A DNA stretch of 64,000 bases, taken from contig WSNJ01000002.1 of NCBI GenBank assembly GCA_013316045.1, positions 743 through 64,742 on the forward strand, read 5' to 3'. This stretch comes from Clostridia bacterium. GTDB lineage: Bacteria > Bacillota > Clostridia > Christensenellales > Pumilibacteraceae. Shown in pieces: positions 5,563 to 16,563 of this stretch. Positions within the stretch are counted from its first letter, which is position 1; every line of letters begins with the position of its first letter. The notes under the pieces are model-generated. The model saw nothing but the letters and a program-made list of their open reading frames with translations, searched no databases and was not told the DNA's origin. The position numbers and the translations under genes are program-made.

Positions 5563-6936
5563 ATGAGAATCATTGTAGTCGGTTGCGGCAAGATAGGAAA
5601 AACAATCATAGCGAACCTAATCAGAGAAAAGCACGAAGTGGTGGCGATAGACAGCAAACCGTCTATCGTTGCCGAAGTTTCTAATTTATTCGACGTTATG
5701 GCGATATGCGGAAACGGCGCCGAGTATGACAAGCTCGAAAAAGCGGAAGTAAACAAAGCGGACGTTTTCGTTGCGGTTACTAATTCCGACGAGTTGAATA
5801 TGCTTGCCTGTTTTGCGGCAAAGCGTATGGGAGCAAAGCATACGGTAGCGCGGATACGCAACGCGGGCAATAACGACGACAGCCTTGCTTTTATGCGTAA
5901 ACAGCTCGAACTGTCGGTTGCTATAAATCCCGAAAAACGCACGGCGCGCGCGATATACAATTTGCTGAAACTGTCGTCCGCGAGCAAAGTCGAAACGTTC
6001 GGAAACCACGGTTTCGAAATGATGGAGTTTACGTTGCGCGAGAGCTCCGCGTTAGACGGGCTGTCGCTTATAGACCTGAAAAAGAAATACAACAAGACGG
6101 CTTTTCTCGTCTGCGCGGTAGGGCGGGACGATAAAATGTTTATCCCCAAGGGCGATTTTACGTTGCGCGCGGGCGACAAAGTAGGCTTGATTATGTCGGA
6201 AGAAGATACGACTCCCGTTCTTAAAATGCTCGGCATAGCTCAAAAGCAAGTCCGTAACGTTATTGTACTCGGCGCGGGCAGAACTTCGTATTATCTGACT
6301 GAAATGCTCTTAAAGCACAGAATATCCGTCAAGATTATAGAGCGCGACAAAGCGCGTTGCGAAGAATTTTCCGAAAGATTTCCGCGCGCCGAAGTCGTAT
6401 GCGGCGACGGTATGAGCGGCGACTTGCTTGCCGAAGAAGGAATTTCCGAAGCGGACGCGTTGGTCGCACTTACGGGCAGGGACGAAGAAAACATACTCAT
6501 ATCTTTCTACGCTATGTCGCAGAGCGTTCCGAAAGTTGTAGCCAAGGTCAACCGCGGCGAGCAGTCGGCGCTTGCCGAAAAACTCGGTTTGGAGTGCATA
6601 GTATCGCCGCAGAAAACGGTTGCCGACATTCTCGTGCGTTACGCGCGCGCGTTGCAGATGTCGGTCGGCAGCGAAATGGAAAAGCTGTACAGCTTGATGA
6701 ACGGCAACGCCGAGGGGCTTGAATTTAACGTGTTGCCAGATTTTCCGTTCTGCGATATACCGCTCAAACGGCTCAGATTCAAGCCTGGTATTCTGTTGGC
6801 GGGCATTCTGCGCGGAAAAGAAAAGATTATCCCCGGCGGCGACGACGTGATAAAGAGCGGCGACAAAGTTATTCTTATTGCCTCCGATTGTATAGTATAC
6901 AGTTTAACCGAAGTTATCGAGGGGGAAAACGAATGA
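5563..6936 (+). CDS. trkA: Trk potassium uptake protein TrkA (two RCK/NAD-binding modules)
   Basis: MRIIVVGCGKIGK and a second VIVLGAGRTS Rossmann motif. The start was moved to ATG 5563 from the ORF-track 5476. Confidence 0.9.
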   Translation: MRIIVVGCGKIGKTIIANLIREKHEVVAIDSKPSIVAEVSNLFDVMAICGNGAEYDKLEKAEVNKADVFVAVTNSDELNMLACFAAKRMGAKHTVARIRNAGNNDDSLAFMRKQLELSVAINPEKRTARAIYNLLKLSSASKVETFGNHGFEMMEFTLRESSALDGLSLIDLKKKYNKTAFLVCAVGRDDKMFIPKGDFTLRAGDKVGLIMSEEDTTPVLKMLGIAQKQVRNVIVLGAGRTSYYLTEMLLKHRISVKIIERDKARCEEFSERFPRAEVVCGDGMSGDLLAEEGISEADALVALTGRDEENILISFYAMSQSVPKVVAKVNRGEQSALAEKLGLECIVSPQKTVADILVRYARALQMSVGSEMEKLYSLMNGNAEGLEFNVLPDFPFCDIPLKRLRFKPGILLAGILRGKEKIIPGGDDVIKSGDKVILIASDCIVYSLTEVIEGENE

Positions 6937-8381
6937 ATTACCGTATGATTTTTTATACGGTCGGCAAAGTGTTGCGTATGGAAAGCATAATACTTGTGCT
7001 TCCCGCGATAGTGTCGCTCATATACGGCGAATATTTCCCCGCGGCGTCGCTCATAGCCGGCGCGGCAGTCGCGCTCGTAGTCGGTTACGCGCTTCTGCTC
7101 TGCTTAAAGCCGAAAAATACAACTTTTTATGCGAAAGAAGGGCTTATAACCGTTACTCTCGCTTGGATTTTCATTTCGCTTATAGGCGCGTTGCCGTTTG
7201 TGATTTCGGGCGAGATTCCGTCGTATATCGACGCCGTTTTCGAAACGGTAAGCGGCTTTACGACAACGGGCGCGTCGATTTTGCGCGACGTTACGGTAAT
7301 GAGCAAAGGTTTGCTGTTTTGGAGAAGTTTTACTCATTGGGTCGGCGGTATGGGTATCTTGGTATTCGTTATCGCGCTTTCTCAGAAATCGCCCGACAGG
7401 TCGATGAATATTCTGCGCGCGGAAATGCCCGGACCTATCGTCGATAAGCTCGTGCCCAAAACGAGAGATACGGCTAAAATTCTTTATTTGATTTACGTTG
7501 TTTTCACGCTCGTGCTGATAATATTCCTGCTCTGCGGCGGTATGCCGCTTTTTGACAGCGTGGTGCACGCGTTCGGAACGGCGGGAACGGGCGGTTTCGG
7601 AATAAAAGCCGACAGTATAGCAAGTTACAGCCCGTATCTTCAATGGGTTATTGCGATTTTTATGCTGTTGTTCGGCATAAACTTTAACTTGTACTACCTG
7701 ATTTTAATCCGTAAGTTAAGGCTTGCGCTTTCGAGCGGAGAACTCAGAACGTATCTTATAATAGTTCTCGTAAGCGTCGGGGTGGTTTGTTACAGCATTT
7801 ATCCTATGTATCAAAACTTCGGCGAAGTTCTCAGACTTTCGGTTTTTCAGGTGTCGACGGTTATAACCACTACCGGTTACGCAACGGCGGACTTTGCGAG
7901 TTGGCCGACTTTGGCGCGCGCCGTTCTCGTTCTTTTGATGTTCTTCGGAGCCTGCGCCGGTTCGACCGCGGGCGGACTGAAAATCTCCCGAGTCGTCATA
8001 CTTTTCAAGAAAATCGGCAACGAGTTACGCAGAGCCGTGCACCCGCGCAGTGTAAGCGTAGTTAAGTTCGAGGGAAAAAAAGTAGAAGAAGACACGCTCA
8101 ACGGAGTAGGGTCGTATCTTGCCGTATACGCCGTATCGCTGTTGTGTATGTTCCTTTTGCTTAGCATAGAAACGCGGTTCGATTTTGAAACGAATTTTAC
8201 GGCGGTCGTAGCTTGTTTTAACAATATAGGTCCCGGAATGGGGCTTGTAGGACCTATGGGAAGCTATGCGGACTATTCGGTTTTTTCCAAGATAGTCCTG
8301 TCGTTCGGTATGTTGCTCGGTCGGCTCGAAATTTATCCGTTGCTTATAGCTTGCAACCCGCGGACTTGGATAAGAAGATAG
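6933..8381 (+). CDS. trkH: TrkH family potassium transporter
   Basis: Polytopic, with TrkH motifs SGFTTTGAS, GTAGTGGFG, TTTGYAT and AGSTAGGLK. ATGA overlap with trkA. Confidence 0.9.
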   Translation: MNYRMIFYTVGKVLRMESIILVLPAIVSLIYGEYFPAASLIAGAAVALVVGYALLLCLKPKNTTFYAKEGLITVTLAWIFISLIGALPFVISGEIPSYIDAVFETVSGFTTTGASILRDVTVMSKGLLFWRSFTHWVGGMGILVFVIALSQKSPDRSMNILRAEMPGPIVDKLVPKTRDTAKILYLIYVVFTLVLIIFLLCGGMPLFDSVVHAFGTAGTGGFGIKADSIASYSPYLQWVIAIFMLLFGINFNLYYLILIRKLRLALSSGELRTYLIIVLVSVGVVCYSIYPMYQNFGEVLRLSVFQVSTVITTTGYATADFASWPTLARAVLVLLMFFGACAGSTAGGLKISRVVILFKKIGNELRRAVHPRSVSVVKFEGKKVEEDTLNGVGSYLAVYAVSLLCMFLLLSIETRFDFETNFTAVVACFNNIGPGMGLVGPMGSYADYSVFSKIVLSFGMLLGRLEIYPLLIACNPRTWIRR

Positions 8382-8385
8382 AAGT

Positions 8386-9495
8386 ATGTTATATTCGTTA
8401 AGCGAAACTGCAAAGTGGTCGATAATACTCGCGGCGGTCGTCGTCGTAGCGACGGTTATTTTTTTGTTGCTCGCGGGATATAAGACGTTTTCTCGGATGT
8501 TCGGCATATATTCTAAACCTTACGTGATGCGCGGCAACAAGAGCAGGCAGAAAGCGGATAAAATAAAGTCCGACGCGCGTTCCGCGCCCGCGCTTGCCGA
8601 AGCGGAGAACGCGAAAAAACTGTTTTTCACAAACCGCATTTCCGGTTCGCCGTTTTATCTGCCCGACGATATGTGGGCGAAAAAGCCGCGCGAATATTCG
8701 CTCGGCTTTGAAAAATCGGAAATTTACGCGTACTTTTTCAGCGCGGACGATTTCTCCGAATGCCGCAAGTACTCGCAGGTTTCGGGGCAAGGCGCGGGGA
8801 TAGAGAGCGCAAAGAGCAACAGATTTGCGATTGTTCTGCACGGATACGACCAATGCGGACTCGATACCTATAAGATAGCTTACGAGTTTATGCGCCGCGG
8901 AATAAACGTAATTTCTCCGGACCTTACGGGGCACGGAAAGGATTCGGGAAAGTTCGTTTCTTACGGTTACCGCGACAGACTTTACGTGTTGAAATGGATA
9001 GATTTCATTATTTCCGAATGCGAAAACGCCGAGATTTATCTGTACGGCGTATCTATGGGCGCGGCGACCGCATTGTACACGCTGGGCGAAAGTCTGCCCG
9101 ATAACGTTAAGGCTTGCGTGAGCGACTGTTCGTTTGCGTCGATTTACGACGAATGCGTAAAACAGCTTAAAAAGCGCAAAAGAGTACCGACGTTTCCGAT
9201 TATGAACATCGTCGTTTTCTTCGGCAAAAAGCTGTTGAAATACAATGTGAAAAAAGTTTCCGTAAAAGCGGCGGCGGAGCGCAACGGAAAAGTTCCCGTG
9301 CTGTTTTTCCACGGCAAAGACGACAGGTTCGTAACTCCCGACCGAACGCAGACGCTGTACGACGCGTCGCGCGTGCGGAAACAAATCGTTCTTTACGACG
9401 GAACGCGCCACGCCGAATCGATGGTATTGAACTTTAACGACTATTGGGAAAACATAGACCGGTTTATTAAAGGAGAAGAAGAATGTTCAAAATAG
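8386..9495 (+). CDS. membrane-anchored alpha/beta hydrolase
   Basis: N-terminal TM helix. Nucleophile elbow GVSMGA. HG...D...H arrangement. Confidence 0.75.
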   Translation: MLYSLSETAKWSIILAAVVVVATVIFLLLAGYKTFSRMFGIYSKPYVMRGNKSRQKADKIKSDARSAPALAEAENAKKLFFTNRISGSPFYLPDDMWAKKPREYSLGFEKSEIYAYFFSADDFSECRKYSQVSGQGAGIESAKSNRFAIVLHGYDQCGLDTYKIAYEFMRRGINVISPDLTGHGKDSGKFVSYGYRDRLYVLKWIDFIISECENAEIYLYGVSMGAATALYTLGESLPDNVKACVSDCSFASIYDECVKQLKKRKRVPTFPIMNIVVFFGKKLLKYNVKKVSVKAAAERNGKVPVLFFHGKDDRFVTPDRTQTLYDASRVRKQIVLYDGTRHAESMVLNFNDYWENIDRFIKGEEECSK

Positions 9496-10319
9496 GTTGC
9501 CATTTGTCTATTTCCGACGGGTATCTCGCCGCGGCGAAACAGGCGAGCGCGTTAGGCGCGAATACGTTTCAGTATTTTTCGAGAAATCCGCGCGGCGGAA
9601 GCGCTCGCAAGGTCGACGAAAAGGATATAACGGCTTTCAACGAATATCTGAAAGAAAACAATTTCGGCAAGATTGTAGCTCACGCGCCGTATACGCTCAA
9701 CGCTTGCTCCGCCGAACCGCGCACGCGCGTATTTGCGCGCGAGTGTATGCAGGGCGACTTGGAAACGATGCGCAACTTCGACGGATTTTATTATAATTTT
9801 CACCCCGGTTCGCACACTGCTTTGACGGCGGACGAGGGTATCGGGTTGATAACGGCTCAGCTCAACGCCATACTTTCGACCGATTACAATACGACGGTTT
9901 TGCTCGAAACTATGTCGGGCAAGGGCAGTGAACTCGGTTATTCTTTCGAGCAGCTCAAAACGATAATCGACGGCGTGGAAAACAATAAAAATTTAGGCGT
10001 GCTTCTCGATACGTGTCATATTTATTCGGCGGGATACGATATAGTAAACGACCTTGACGGAACGCTCGAAAAGTTCGATTCCGTCGTGGGTATTGAAAGA
10101 CTGAAAGCTATTCACGTAAACGACAGTATGACCCCGTTCGACAGCAGAAAGGACAGGCACGAAAAACTCGGTAAAGGCACGATAGGATTGGACGCGATAG
10201 CGCGCATTATAAATCACGACAGCTTGAAAGACCTTGTTTTCATACTCGAAACGCCGAACGAACTCGACGGCTACAAGTACGAAATAGAACTGTTGAAATC
10301 GCTCAGAAACGACAAATAA
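9483..10319 (+). CDS. nfo: deoxyribonuclease IV (endonuclease IV)
   Basis: IGCHLS, HAPYTLN, FHPGSH, LLETMSGKGSELG, DTCHIYSAGYD, HVNDS, DRHEKLGKGTIG, ILETP. Confidence 0.9.
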   Translation: MFKIGCHLSISDGYLAAAKQASALGANTFQYFSRNPRGGSARKVDEKDITAFNEYLKENNFGKIVAHAPYTLNACSAEPRTRVFARECMQGDLETMRNFDGFYYNFHPGSHTALTADEGIGLITAQLNAILSTDYNTTVLLETMSGKGSELGYSFEQLKTIIDGVENNKNLGVLLDTCHIYSAGYDIVNDLDGTLEKFDSVVGIERLKAIHVNDSMTPFDSRKDRHEKLGKGTIGLDAIARIINHDSLKDLVFILETPNELDGYKYEIELLKSLRNDK

Positions 10320-10384
10320 ATACAAGTAAAAACATACCCGAAAAAGCGCGGATAATAAAATTCGCGCCTTTTTGTTTATATCGC

Positions 10385-10413
10385 TTGATTTATGTCGGAA
10401 AAAAAGTTATACT
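10385..10413 (+). promoter_or_regulatory. sigma-70-like promoter of degV
   Basis: TTGATT, 17 nt, TATACT. Confidence 0.5.
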
Positions 10414-10465
10414 ATACTCGGTATACTTAAAAAGAAAAGTATAATTTTCGAAAGGAGATATGTTA

Positions 10466-11320
10466 ATGAGTAAATTTTTTTGCGACAGTAATTGCGAACT
10501 CGATTATAAAAGGTTCGACGAATTGAAAATCGACGGACTTATAAAAATGCCGTATACCGTAAACGGCGAAGAATCGGAATACGACCTCGGCAGAAGCGGC
10601 GGCAGTAAAGAATTTTTCGATAAAATGCGCGCGGGCGCGTCCGTTAAAACGCAGGCGCTGAACCAAGCGAACTATATAGATTATTTCGAACCCGTACTTG
10701 CGGGCGGCGACGATATACTTTACGTAACGTTCACGCACAAAATGAGCGCGACGTTCGAGTCGATGAAAGCGGCGATAGAAGAACTGAAAGCGAAATATCC
10801 CGATCGCAAAATCACTTGGGTAGACAGCAAGGGCATAAGTATGGCGGCGGGAATCGTCGTTTACTTTGCGGCGAAATTGCACAACGAAGGCAAGTCGGAC
10901 GAAGAAGTCGTGGCTTTCGTCGAAGACTTCCGCGAAAAAGTAAAGACGTATTTTACGGTCGACGACTTGGTTTATTTGAAGCGCGGCGGCAGACTTTCGA
11001 GCTTTAAGGCTCTTATGGGAACGATGCTCAACTTAAAACCGATAATAACTATTCAGGACGGCGCGCTCGTCAGTCTTGAAAAAGCAAAGGGCAGAAAGAA
11101 AGCCGTTCATACGATATTGGACAAGCTCGCAAGCGACGGCGTAGATACGAGTCGCCCGATAGTGCTTATCGACGCGGATTCGCCCGACGACGCGTCTATG
11201 GCGAAAGAAATGATACTCGAAAAGTATCCCGAAGCCGACGTATGGAGAATAGACGTAGGTCCGGTTATCGGTTGCCATTGCGGACCCGACACTCTCGGTC
11301 TTATATTCGTAAAAAAGTAA
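10466..11320 (+). CDS. degV: DegV family fatty-acid-binding protein
   Basis: DegV-like layout (CDSNCELD..., SATFESM, DSKGISMA, GRLS). SD AAAGGAG lies 8 nt before ATG 10466. Confidence 0.8.
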   Translation: MSKFFCDSNCELDYKRFDELKIDGLIKMPYTVNGEESEYDLGRSGGSKEFFDKMRAGASVKTQALNQANYIDYFEPVLAGGDDILYVTFTHKMSATFESMKAAIEELKAKYPDRKITWVDSKGISMAAGIVVYFAAKLHNEGKSDEEVVAFVEDFREKVKTYFTVDDLVYLKRGGRLSSFKALMGTMLNLKPIITIQDGALVSLEKAKGRKKAVHTILDKLASDGVDTSRPIVLIDADSPDDASMAKEMILEKYPEADVWRIDVGPVIGCHCGPDTLGLIFVKK

Positions 11321-11321
11321 A

Positions 11322-12506
11322 TTGCGGTTGAAGAAATTCTTTGCGGCGGTTTTCGCGGCGGTTTCGCTGTTCTCGTGCTTTTCGTGCGCTGAGAACTACG
11401 AATACGAATATCTGGAAAAGGACTCCGCGGTGTTTTCGGGAGCGATGACGCTTTACGTAAAACTTCTCGGGCGGGACGCATCGTCGGCGTTTGAAGAAAT
11501 GAGTCTAACGCTTGAAAAGATAGGTTCGGAAATCTCGCTTACCGATAAGAATTCGGCGCTCTCGTACTTTAACGAAAAGGCGGAAGAAAACGAGAAAGTA
11601 AAAGTATCAAAAGAAACTTATAACCTTATTTCTCTTGCGCTCGGCTTCGAAAAGGAAACGGGCGGCGCGTTCTCGATAGGCGCGTTCAACCTGTCGGAGC
11701 TTTGGGGGCTTGACGTAGACGGCTATTCCGGCTACGACCCGTTTGAAGATATTCCCGTAAAAGGCGAACTGCCCGATTACGAAACGCAGGTTCTGTCCGC
11801 AAAAGCTCACTGCGATACTTCGCGCCTTATCCTGACGCAGGAAGCGGGCGAATGTTTTATCGAAAAGTCCGACGGCGAACTTAAAATAGATTTGGGCGGC
11901 ATTGCGAAAGGCTATTGCGCCGACTTATGCGTCGGTATAGCAAAACGGCATTCGCTTAAATCGGCTCTTATAAACATTTCGGGCAACATTGTGCTTTTGG
12001 GCGGATATTACGACGGCAGAAAGTTCGTCGATTGGGAAATATCGGTTTTACAGCCGCGACCCAAAGCCGCGCTCTACCGCGAAGAAGTTTGCGCGTTTGG
12101 TTCGGGCGGAGATATATCTATTGTAACGAGCGGAGATTACCGCAGGTATTACCGCCACGAAAGCGACTTACAGCTTTGCCACATAATAGACCCGATTAGC
12201 GGCTTGCCGACAGATATATCGCTCGGTGCGGACGGCAAAAGCTACGTGCAAAAGCCCGAAATCGTTTCTTCGGCGACGGTGCTTTGCGGTTCGTCCGCCG
12301 CGGCAGACGCATATTCCACCGCGCTGTGCGTTATGGGATTGGAGAACGCGGCAAGGTTTCTGCAAGAAAATAATGACGTTTGCGCCATAATATTCACCGA
12401 GCGCGGCGAAGCGCACGGCAGAATGTACGCGAGCGACGGTATAGAATTCATTAAGGAAGATACATACGGGGAGTTTCGCAAGTACGAAAAATACGCGCCC
12501 GCGTGA
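11322..12506 (+). CDS. apbE: FAD:protein FMN transferase (ApbE family) lipoprotein
   Basis: Lipobox LFSC. GGIAKGY and TSGDYRRYY motifs. TTG start. Confidence 0.85.
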   Translation: MRLKKFFAAVFAAVSLFSCFSCAENYEYEYLEKDSAVFSGAMTLYVKLLGRDASSAFEEMSLTLEKIGSEISLTDKNSALSYFNEKAEENEKVKVSKETYNLISLALGFEKETGGAFSIGAFNLSELWGLDVDGYSGYDPFEDIPVKGELPDYETQVLSAKAHCDTSRLILTQEAGECFIEKSDGELKIDLGGIAKGYCADLCVGIAKRHSLKSALINISGNIVLLGGYYDGRKFVDWEISVLQPRPKAALYREEVCAFGSGGDISIVTSGDYRRYYRHESDLQLCHIIDPISGLPTDISLGADGKSYVQKPEIVSSATVLCGSSAAADAYSTALCVMGLENAARFLQENNDVCAIIFTERGEAHGRMYASDGIEFIKEDTYGEFRKYEKYAPA

Positions 12507-12519
12507 GAGAAAAAGTTCT

Positions 12520-12912
12520 ATGGTCAACGAGAAAAAAATAGACGCCGTTAAGAGAGAAATTTCTCCGTTGAAACTTGCGGATATAATAGTTCTCACGGCG
12601 CTTATAATTCTTTCCGTGGTACTGCTCGTTACCGTGTACGGCAAAACGGGCGAAAAAGTAATAGTAACGTATTACGGAGTTTCCGAAGAATACGACTTGG
12701 GACAGGACAGGGAGATTGCAATAGAAGACAAATTAACCGTTTGTATCAGCGGCGGCGCGGTTTACGTAAAAGACGCGCAATGTCCCGATAAGATATGCCA
12801 GAACTCGGGCGCCGTGAAAAAAGTCAACGAAACGATAGTTTGCGCGCCTTTCGGCATAACGGTGCGCATAACGGACGGCAAGGGCGGCGGCAATAAGGTG
12901 GTTACGGGTTGA
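12520..12912 (+). CDS. NusG domain II-containing membrane protein
   Basis: One TM helix, then a beta-rich domain with CPDKIC...VCAP. This is the typical partner of the downstream Gx transporter. Confidence 0.65.
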   Translation: MVNEKKIDAVKREISPLKLADIIVLTALIILSVVLLVTVYGKTGEKVIVTYYGVSEEYDLGQDREIAIEDKLTVCISGGAVYVKDAQCPDKICQNSGAVKKVNETIVCAPFGITVRITDGKGGGNKVVTG

Positions 12913-13421
12913 TGAAAGTCGATACGAAACGCATAGCGCGGATTGCGTTTCTTACAGCCGTTGCGCTGATACTCTCGCTCGTCGAGAACGCATTTCCGCC
13001 GATTCTGTCGTTTGCTCCAGGGGTAAAGCTCGGACTTGCGAACGTAGTGTGCCTGATTGCGTTGATAATTTCGGGAATTACCGACGCTTACGCGATACTT
13101 CTTGCAAGATGCTTGCTTGCTTCGGTGTTCGGCGGCAATATATCCGCGCTTATGTATTCGGTTCCCGCTTCGCTTGTTTCGCTTACCGCAATGACGCTTA
13201 TGTATACGCTCTTAGTCCCGAAAATCGGACTTGTATCCGTTTCCGTAACGGGCGCGTGCGTATTCAATGCGGTTCAGCTGTGCGTCGCGTCGGCTGTCGT
13301 AAAAACGAACTTGCTATCGGTTTTGCCGCTTATGCTGTTTACAAGCATAATAGCGGGCGCGTTTACGGGACTTGTTGCCTGGTGCGTTGTCAGATACCTG
13401 CCCAAAAACGTATATATGTAA
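12912..13421 (+). CDS. Gx transporter family protein (heptaprenyl-diphosphate-synthase component I-like)
   Basis: A ~170-aa polytopic protein with LENAFPPILSFAPGVKLGLANVV. TGATG overlap with the upstream gene. Confidence 0.65.
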   Translation: MKVDTKRIARIAFLTAVALILSLVENAFPPILSFAPGVKLGLANVVCLIALIISGITDAYAILLARCLLASVFGGNISALMYSVPASLVSLTAMTLMYTLLVPKIGLVSVSVTGACVFNAVQLCVASAVVKTNLLSVLPLMLFTSIIAGAFTGLVAWCVVRYLPKNVYM

Positions 13422-13465
13422 ACGAAAATACGAAAAGAAAAAATTTTCAGAAGGATAAAAATATT

Positions 13466-14674
13466 ATGACGTTTAATTACAGCGACAGAATGAACGGACT
13501 CGACGGCTCGGCTACGCGCGAAATATTCAAATTGCTTTCGCGCCCCGAAATAATTTCGTTTGCCGGCGGGTTGCCTGCCAACGAATACCTGCCCGTCAAG
13601 GAAGTAAACGAAATACTCGACGAAATACTTTCGGGCGGATTTGCGGCTAAATCGTTGCAGTACGGCTCGACCGAGGGTTTTCCCGCTTTGCGCGAGATTC
13701 TGACCGACTACGTAAAGCACGTGGGCATAAACGACGCAAAGGTCGAAAACACGCTCGTTATAAGCGGCGGACAGCAGGGTATAGATTTGACGCTGAAAGC
13801 GTTTATAAACAAGGGCGACGCGGTGCTCGTCGAAAACCCGACTTATCTCGCTTTTCTGCAAATCGCCAAAACCTACGAAGCAAAGGTTTACGGCGTAAAA
13901 GCCGAGAGCTACGGCTTGAACATAGAAGATTTGGAAGCGAAAATCAAGGCGCATAAGCCGAAAGTTCTGTATTGCGTTCCTACGTTCTCCAACCCTACGG
14001 GTAAAACGTACTCGGCGGAAAACCGCCGAAAGATTGCCGAAATCACCGCAAAGTACGGAGTTATGGTTCTCGAAGACGACCCTTACGGAAAATTGCGTTT
14101 TTCGGGCGAACCCGTTCCGTCGCTTAAAAGTTTCGACAAAGCGGGCAACGTAATTTACATTACGAGCTTTTCGAAAATTCTTTCTCCCGGAATGCGCACG
14201 GGCGTTGCCGTAGGTAACAAGGAAGTAATAAGAAAGCTGACTATCTGCAAGCAGGGCACGGACCTGCACACGGCGAATCTTTCGCAGTTAATCGCTCAGA
14301 AGTATCTCGAAAAGGGTTATCTGTTCCCGAATATCGAAAAGAGCCTGCCGCTTTACCGTACGCGCCGCGACTGTATGCTTGCGGCTCTCGATAAATATAT
14401 GCCAAAGGAATTCACGCATACCGTTCCCGACGGCGGACTGTTTATATGGGGCGAGTTCGACGCGGATGTAGTTACGAAAGATATTCTGCCCGAAGCAATC
14501 GAACGCGACGTAGCGTACATTCAGGGCAACGAATTTTACGCCGTGCCGCAGGAAGGCAACCGCTTTATAAGGCTCAACTTCTCGAACGAAAGTCCCGAGA
14601 GAATAGACAAGGGCGTTAAGGCGCTCGCGGAGTTGTACAAGGAAAAAATTTCACAGGCAAAGAGTAAAAAATAA
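13466..14674 (+). CDS. PLP-dependent aminotransferase, class I/II
   Basis: GGLP, YG.TEG, NPTG and the SFSK PLP-lysine. The start was moved to ATG 13466, because the ORF-track extension overlaps the transporter gene. Confidence 0.85.
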   Translation: MTFNYSDRMNGLDGSATREIFKLLSRPEIISFAGGLPANEYLPVKEVNEILDEILSGGFAAKSLQYGSTEGFPALREILTDYVKHVGINDAKVENTLVISGGQQGIDLTLKAFINKGDAVLVENPTYLAFLQIAKTYEAKVYGVKAESYGLNIEDLEAKIKAHKPKVLYCVPTFSNPTGKTYSAENRRKIAEITAKYGVMVLEDDPYGKLRFSGEPVPSLKSFDKAGNVIYITSFSKILSPGMRTGVAVGNKEVIRKLTICKQGTDLHTANLSQLIAQKYLEKGYLFPNIEKSLPLYRTRRDCMLAALDKYMPKEFTHTVPDGGLFIWGEFDADVVTKDILPEAIERDVAYIQGNEFYAVPQEGNRFIRLNFSNESPERIDKGVKALAELYKEKISQAKSKK

Positions 14675-14687
14675 AGGTATAAAACAA

Positions 14688-15905
14688 ATGGCTAAGAAAA
14701 ACGTATTGGATACATTGTACGAGCGCGGCTTTATCAAACAGACCGTGTTCGAAGAAGATTTGCGTAAAAAGTTGGACGCGGAGAGCGTTACGTTCTACGT
14801 AGGGTTCGACCCGACGGCGGACAGCTTGCATATAGGTCATTACATTCCGATTATGGCTATGGCGCATATGCAACGCGCGGGGCATAAGCCTATCGCGCTT
14901 ATCGGCGGCGGCACGGGAATGGTCGGCGACCCGTCGGGCAGAACCGATATGCGTATGCTTATGACGAAAGAAACGGTCGATAAAAACTGCGCGGCGTTCA
15001 AAAAACAGATGTCGAGATTTTTCCGTTTCGACGGCGAAAACGCGGCGATTATGGTTAATAACGGCGACTGGCTGTTAAAGCTGAATTATATCGAATTTCT
15101 GCGCGATATAGGCACGTATTTTTCGGTAAACAAAATGCTCACGGCAGAATGCTTTAAGTTAAGGCTCGAAAAGGGACTCAGCTTTTTCGAGTTCAATTAT
15201 CAGCTTATGCAGGCATACGATTTTCTCGTGCTGTTTCAGAAATACGGTTGCTGTTTGGAACTCGGCGGCAACGACCAATGGAACAATATTCTTGCGGGCG
15301 CGGACCTTATCCGCCGCAAAGAAGGTAAAGACGCGTACGCTATGACCTTTACTCTGCTCGAAAATTCCGAGGGTAAAAAGATGGGCAAAACGGCTAAGGG
15401 CGCGCTGTGGCTCGACCCGAACAAGACAAGCCCTTACGAGTTTTACCAATACTTCCGCAACGTGGAGGACGTAAAAGTCGAGGAGTGTATGAAGCTGTTG
15501 ACTTTTATGGATTTGAAAGAAATTTCGGAACTTTGCAAGTACAAAGACGAGCGCATAAACGAAGCGAAAAAGCGCCTTGCGTATGAAGTTACGGCTCTCG
15601 TTCACGGCGAAGAAGCCGCTAAAAAAGCCGAGAAAGAAGCTCTCGGCGCATTCGGCGGCAATGCGAGCGATATGCCGAGCAAGAAAATCAAGGCGGGTTC
15701 GGACGCAACCGTTATCGACGTTCTGTTGCTTGCGGGACTTGTTTCGAGCAAATCCGAAGCGCGCAGACTTATCGAAGGCGGCGGCGTAAAGATTAACGAC
15801 AGCAAGGTCGACGGCGTTGAAAAAACGGTTAAAGACTTTACCGACAAAAAAGAATTTATCCTGCACAAGGGTAAGAAAGTTCACGAGAAAATAGAACTCG
15901 AATGA
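14688..15905 (+). CDS. tyrS: tyrosine--tRNA ligase
   Basis: HIGH motif (LHIGHYIP), KMSKS variant KMGKT, C-terminal S4 domain. Confidence 0.93.
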   Translation: MAKKNVLDTLYERGFIKQTVFEEDLRKKLDAESVTFYVGFDPTADSLHIGHYIPIMAMAHMQRAGHKPIALIGGGTGMVGDPSGRTDMRMLMTKETVDKNCAAFKKQMSRFFRFDGENAAIMVNNGDWLLKLNYIEFLRDIGTYFSVNKMLTAECFKLRLEKGLSFFEFNYQLMQAYDFLVLFQKYGCCLELGGNDQWNNILAGADLIRRKEGKDAYAMTFTLLENSEGKKMGKTAKGALWLDPNKTSPYEFYQYFRNVEDVKVEECMKLLTFMDLKEISELCKYKDERINEAKKRLAYEVTALVHGEEAAKKAEKEALGAFGGNASDMPSKKIKAGSDATVIDVLLLAGLVSSKSEARRLIEGGGVKINDSKVDGVEKTVKDFTDKKEFILHKGKKVHEKIELE

Positions 15906-16513
15906 CCGATTCTTTTACAACGGCATACGACGGCGAGAAAGAAACCGTAGTTAACAAATCGCGTTTTATCTGCTATTTGCGCCACGTCGAAGATTTTTCC
16001 GAAGCGGAAGAAGAACTCGATAAAATCCGCAAAAAGCACCCGTCGGCGACGCACGTGTGCTACGGCGCGATAACGGACGTATCGGGGCAGAACTTCCGCT
16101 ACGGCGACGACGGCGAACCCACGGGAACGGCGGGGCAACCGATACTCGCGGTACTCAGGGGCGAAAATCTGCGCCAATCGCTTGCGGCGGTCGTAAGGTA
16201 TTTCGGCGGGATAAAGCTCGGCACGGGCGGACTTGCTCGCGCTTACGGCGACAGCGTGAAGAATGCTTTGTCCGTTGCGAAAATCAGAACGTTTACAAAA
16301 AAATCGATTTATTCCGTTACGCTCGGCTACCCCGAATACAACGCCGTTTTGTCGGCTTTGAGCGACGGCGGCGCACGGATTACGGAGCAGGAGTTTAACG
16401 AAAACGTAACGCTTAATATCGCATTCGACCCCGAAGTAAACGCGGAAAGTTTTATGAACGGGCTTGTAAAGCGCGAATGCGGACTTATAAAAATCGGCGA
16501 AAAGTACGTTTGA
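15902..16513 (+). CDS. yigZ: YigZ (IMPACT) family protein
   Basis: KSRFICYL..., HVCYGAI...[18 protein letters not shown] overlap with tyrS. Confidence 0.8.
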   Translation: MTDSFTTAYDGEKETVVNKSRFICYLRHVEDFSEAEEELDKIRKKHPSATHVCYGAITDVSGQNFRYGDDGEPTGTAGQPILAVLRGENLRQSLAAVVRYFGGIKLGTGGLARAYGDSVKNALSVAKIRTFTKKSIYSVTLGYPEYNAVLSALSDGGARITEQEFNENVTLNIAFDPEVNAESFMNGLVKRECGLIKIGEKYV

Positions 16514-16563
16514 TTCCCGATTGAAAAAAACAAAAAACTAATCTTATAGAAGGTATAAAGGCA

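Noticed and set aside
8398-9411. Long antisense ORFs opposite confident + strand genes. This one, plus 13274-14269, 17644-18570, 19310-20536, 27270-28280, 29995-31098, 47452-48270, 53051-53944 and 61508-62473.
   Set aside because: They are Arg/Phe/Val-rich low-complexity translations typical of shadow frames. Several span two sense genes, and none has a start context or recognisable motif.
13049-13465. ORF-track N-terminal extensions: this one for the aminotransferase, plus 5476-5562 (trkA), 6888-6932 (trkH), 32506-32637 (ribU), 41995-42078, 42966-43022, 52883-52936 and 56031-56159 (minD).
   Set aside because: The extensions overlap upstream genes, a riboswitch or promoters, and lack an SD. 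Internal starts with an SD give N-termini matching the families.
14675-14687. Expected a T-box leader before tyrS, or an S-box/T-box before metY (17623-17679) and ilvE (16514-16563).
   Set aside because: The intergenic gaps are only 13, 57 and 50 nt, too short for these leaders, and no specifier or T-box sequence is present.
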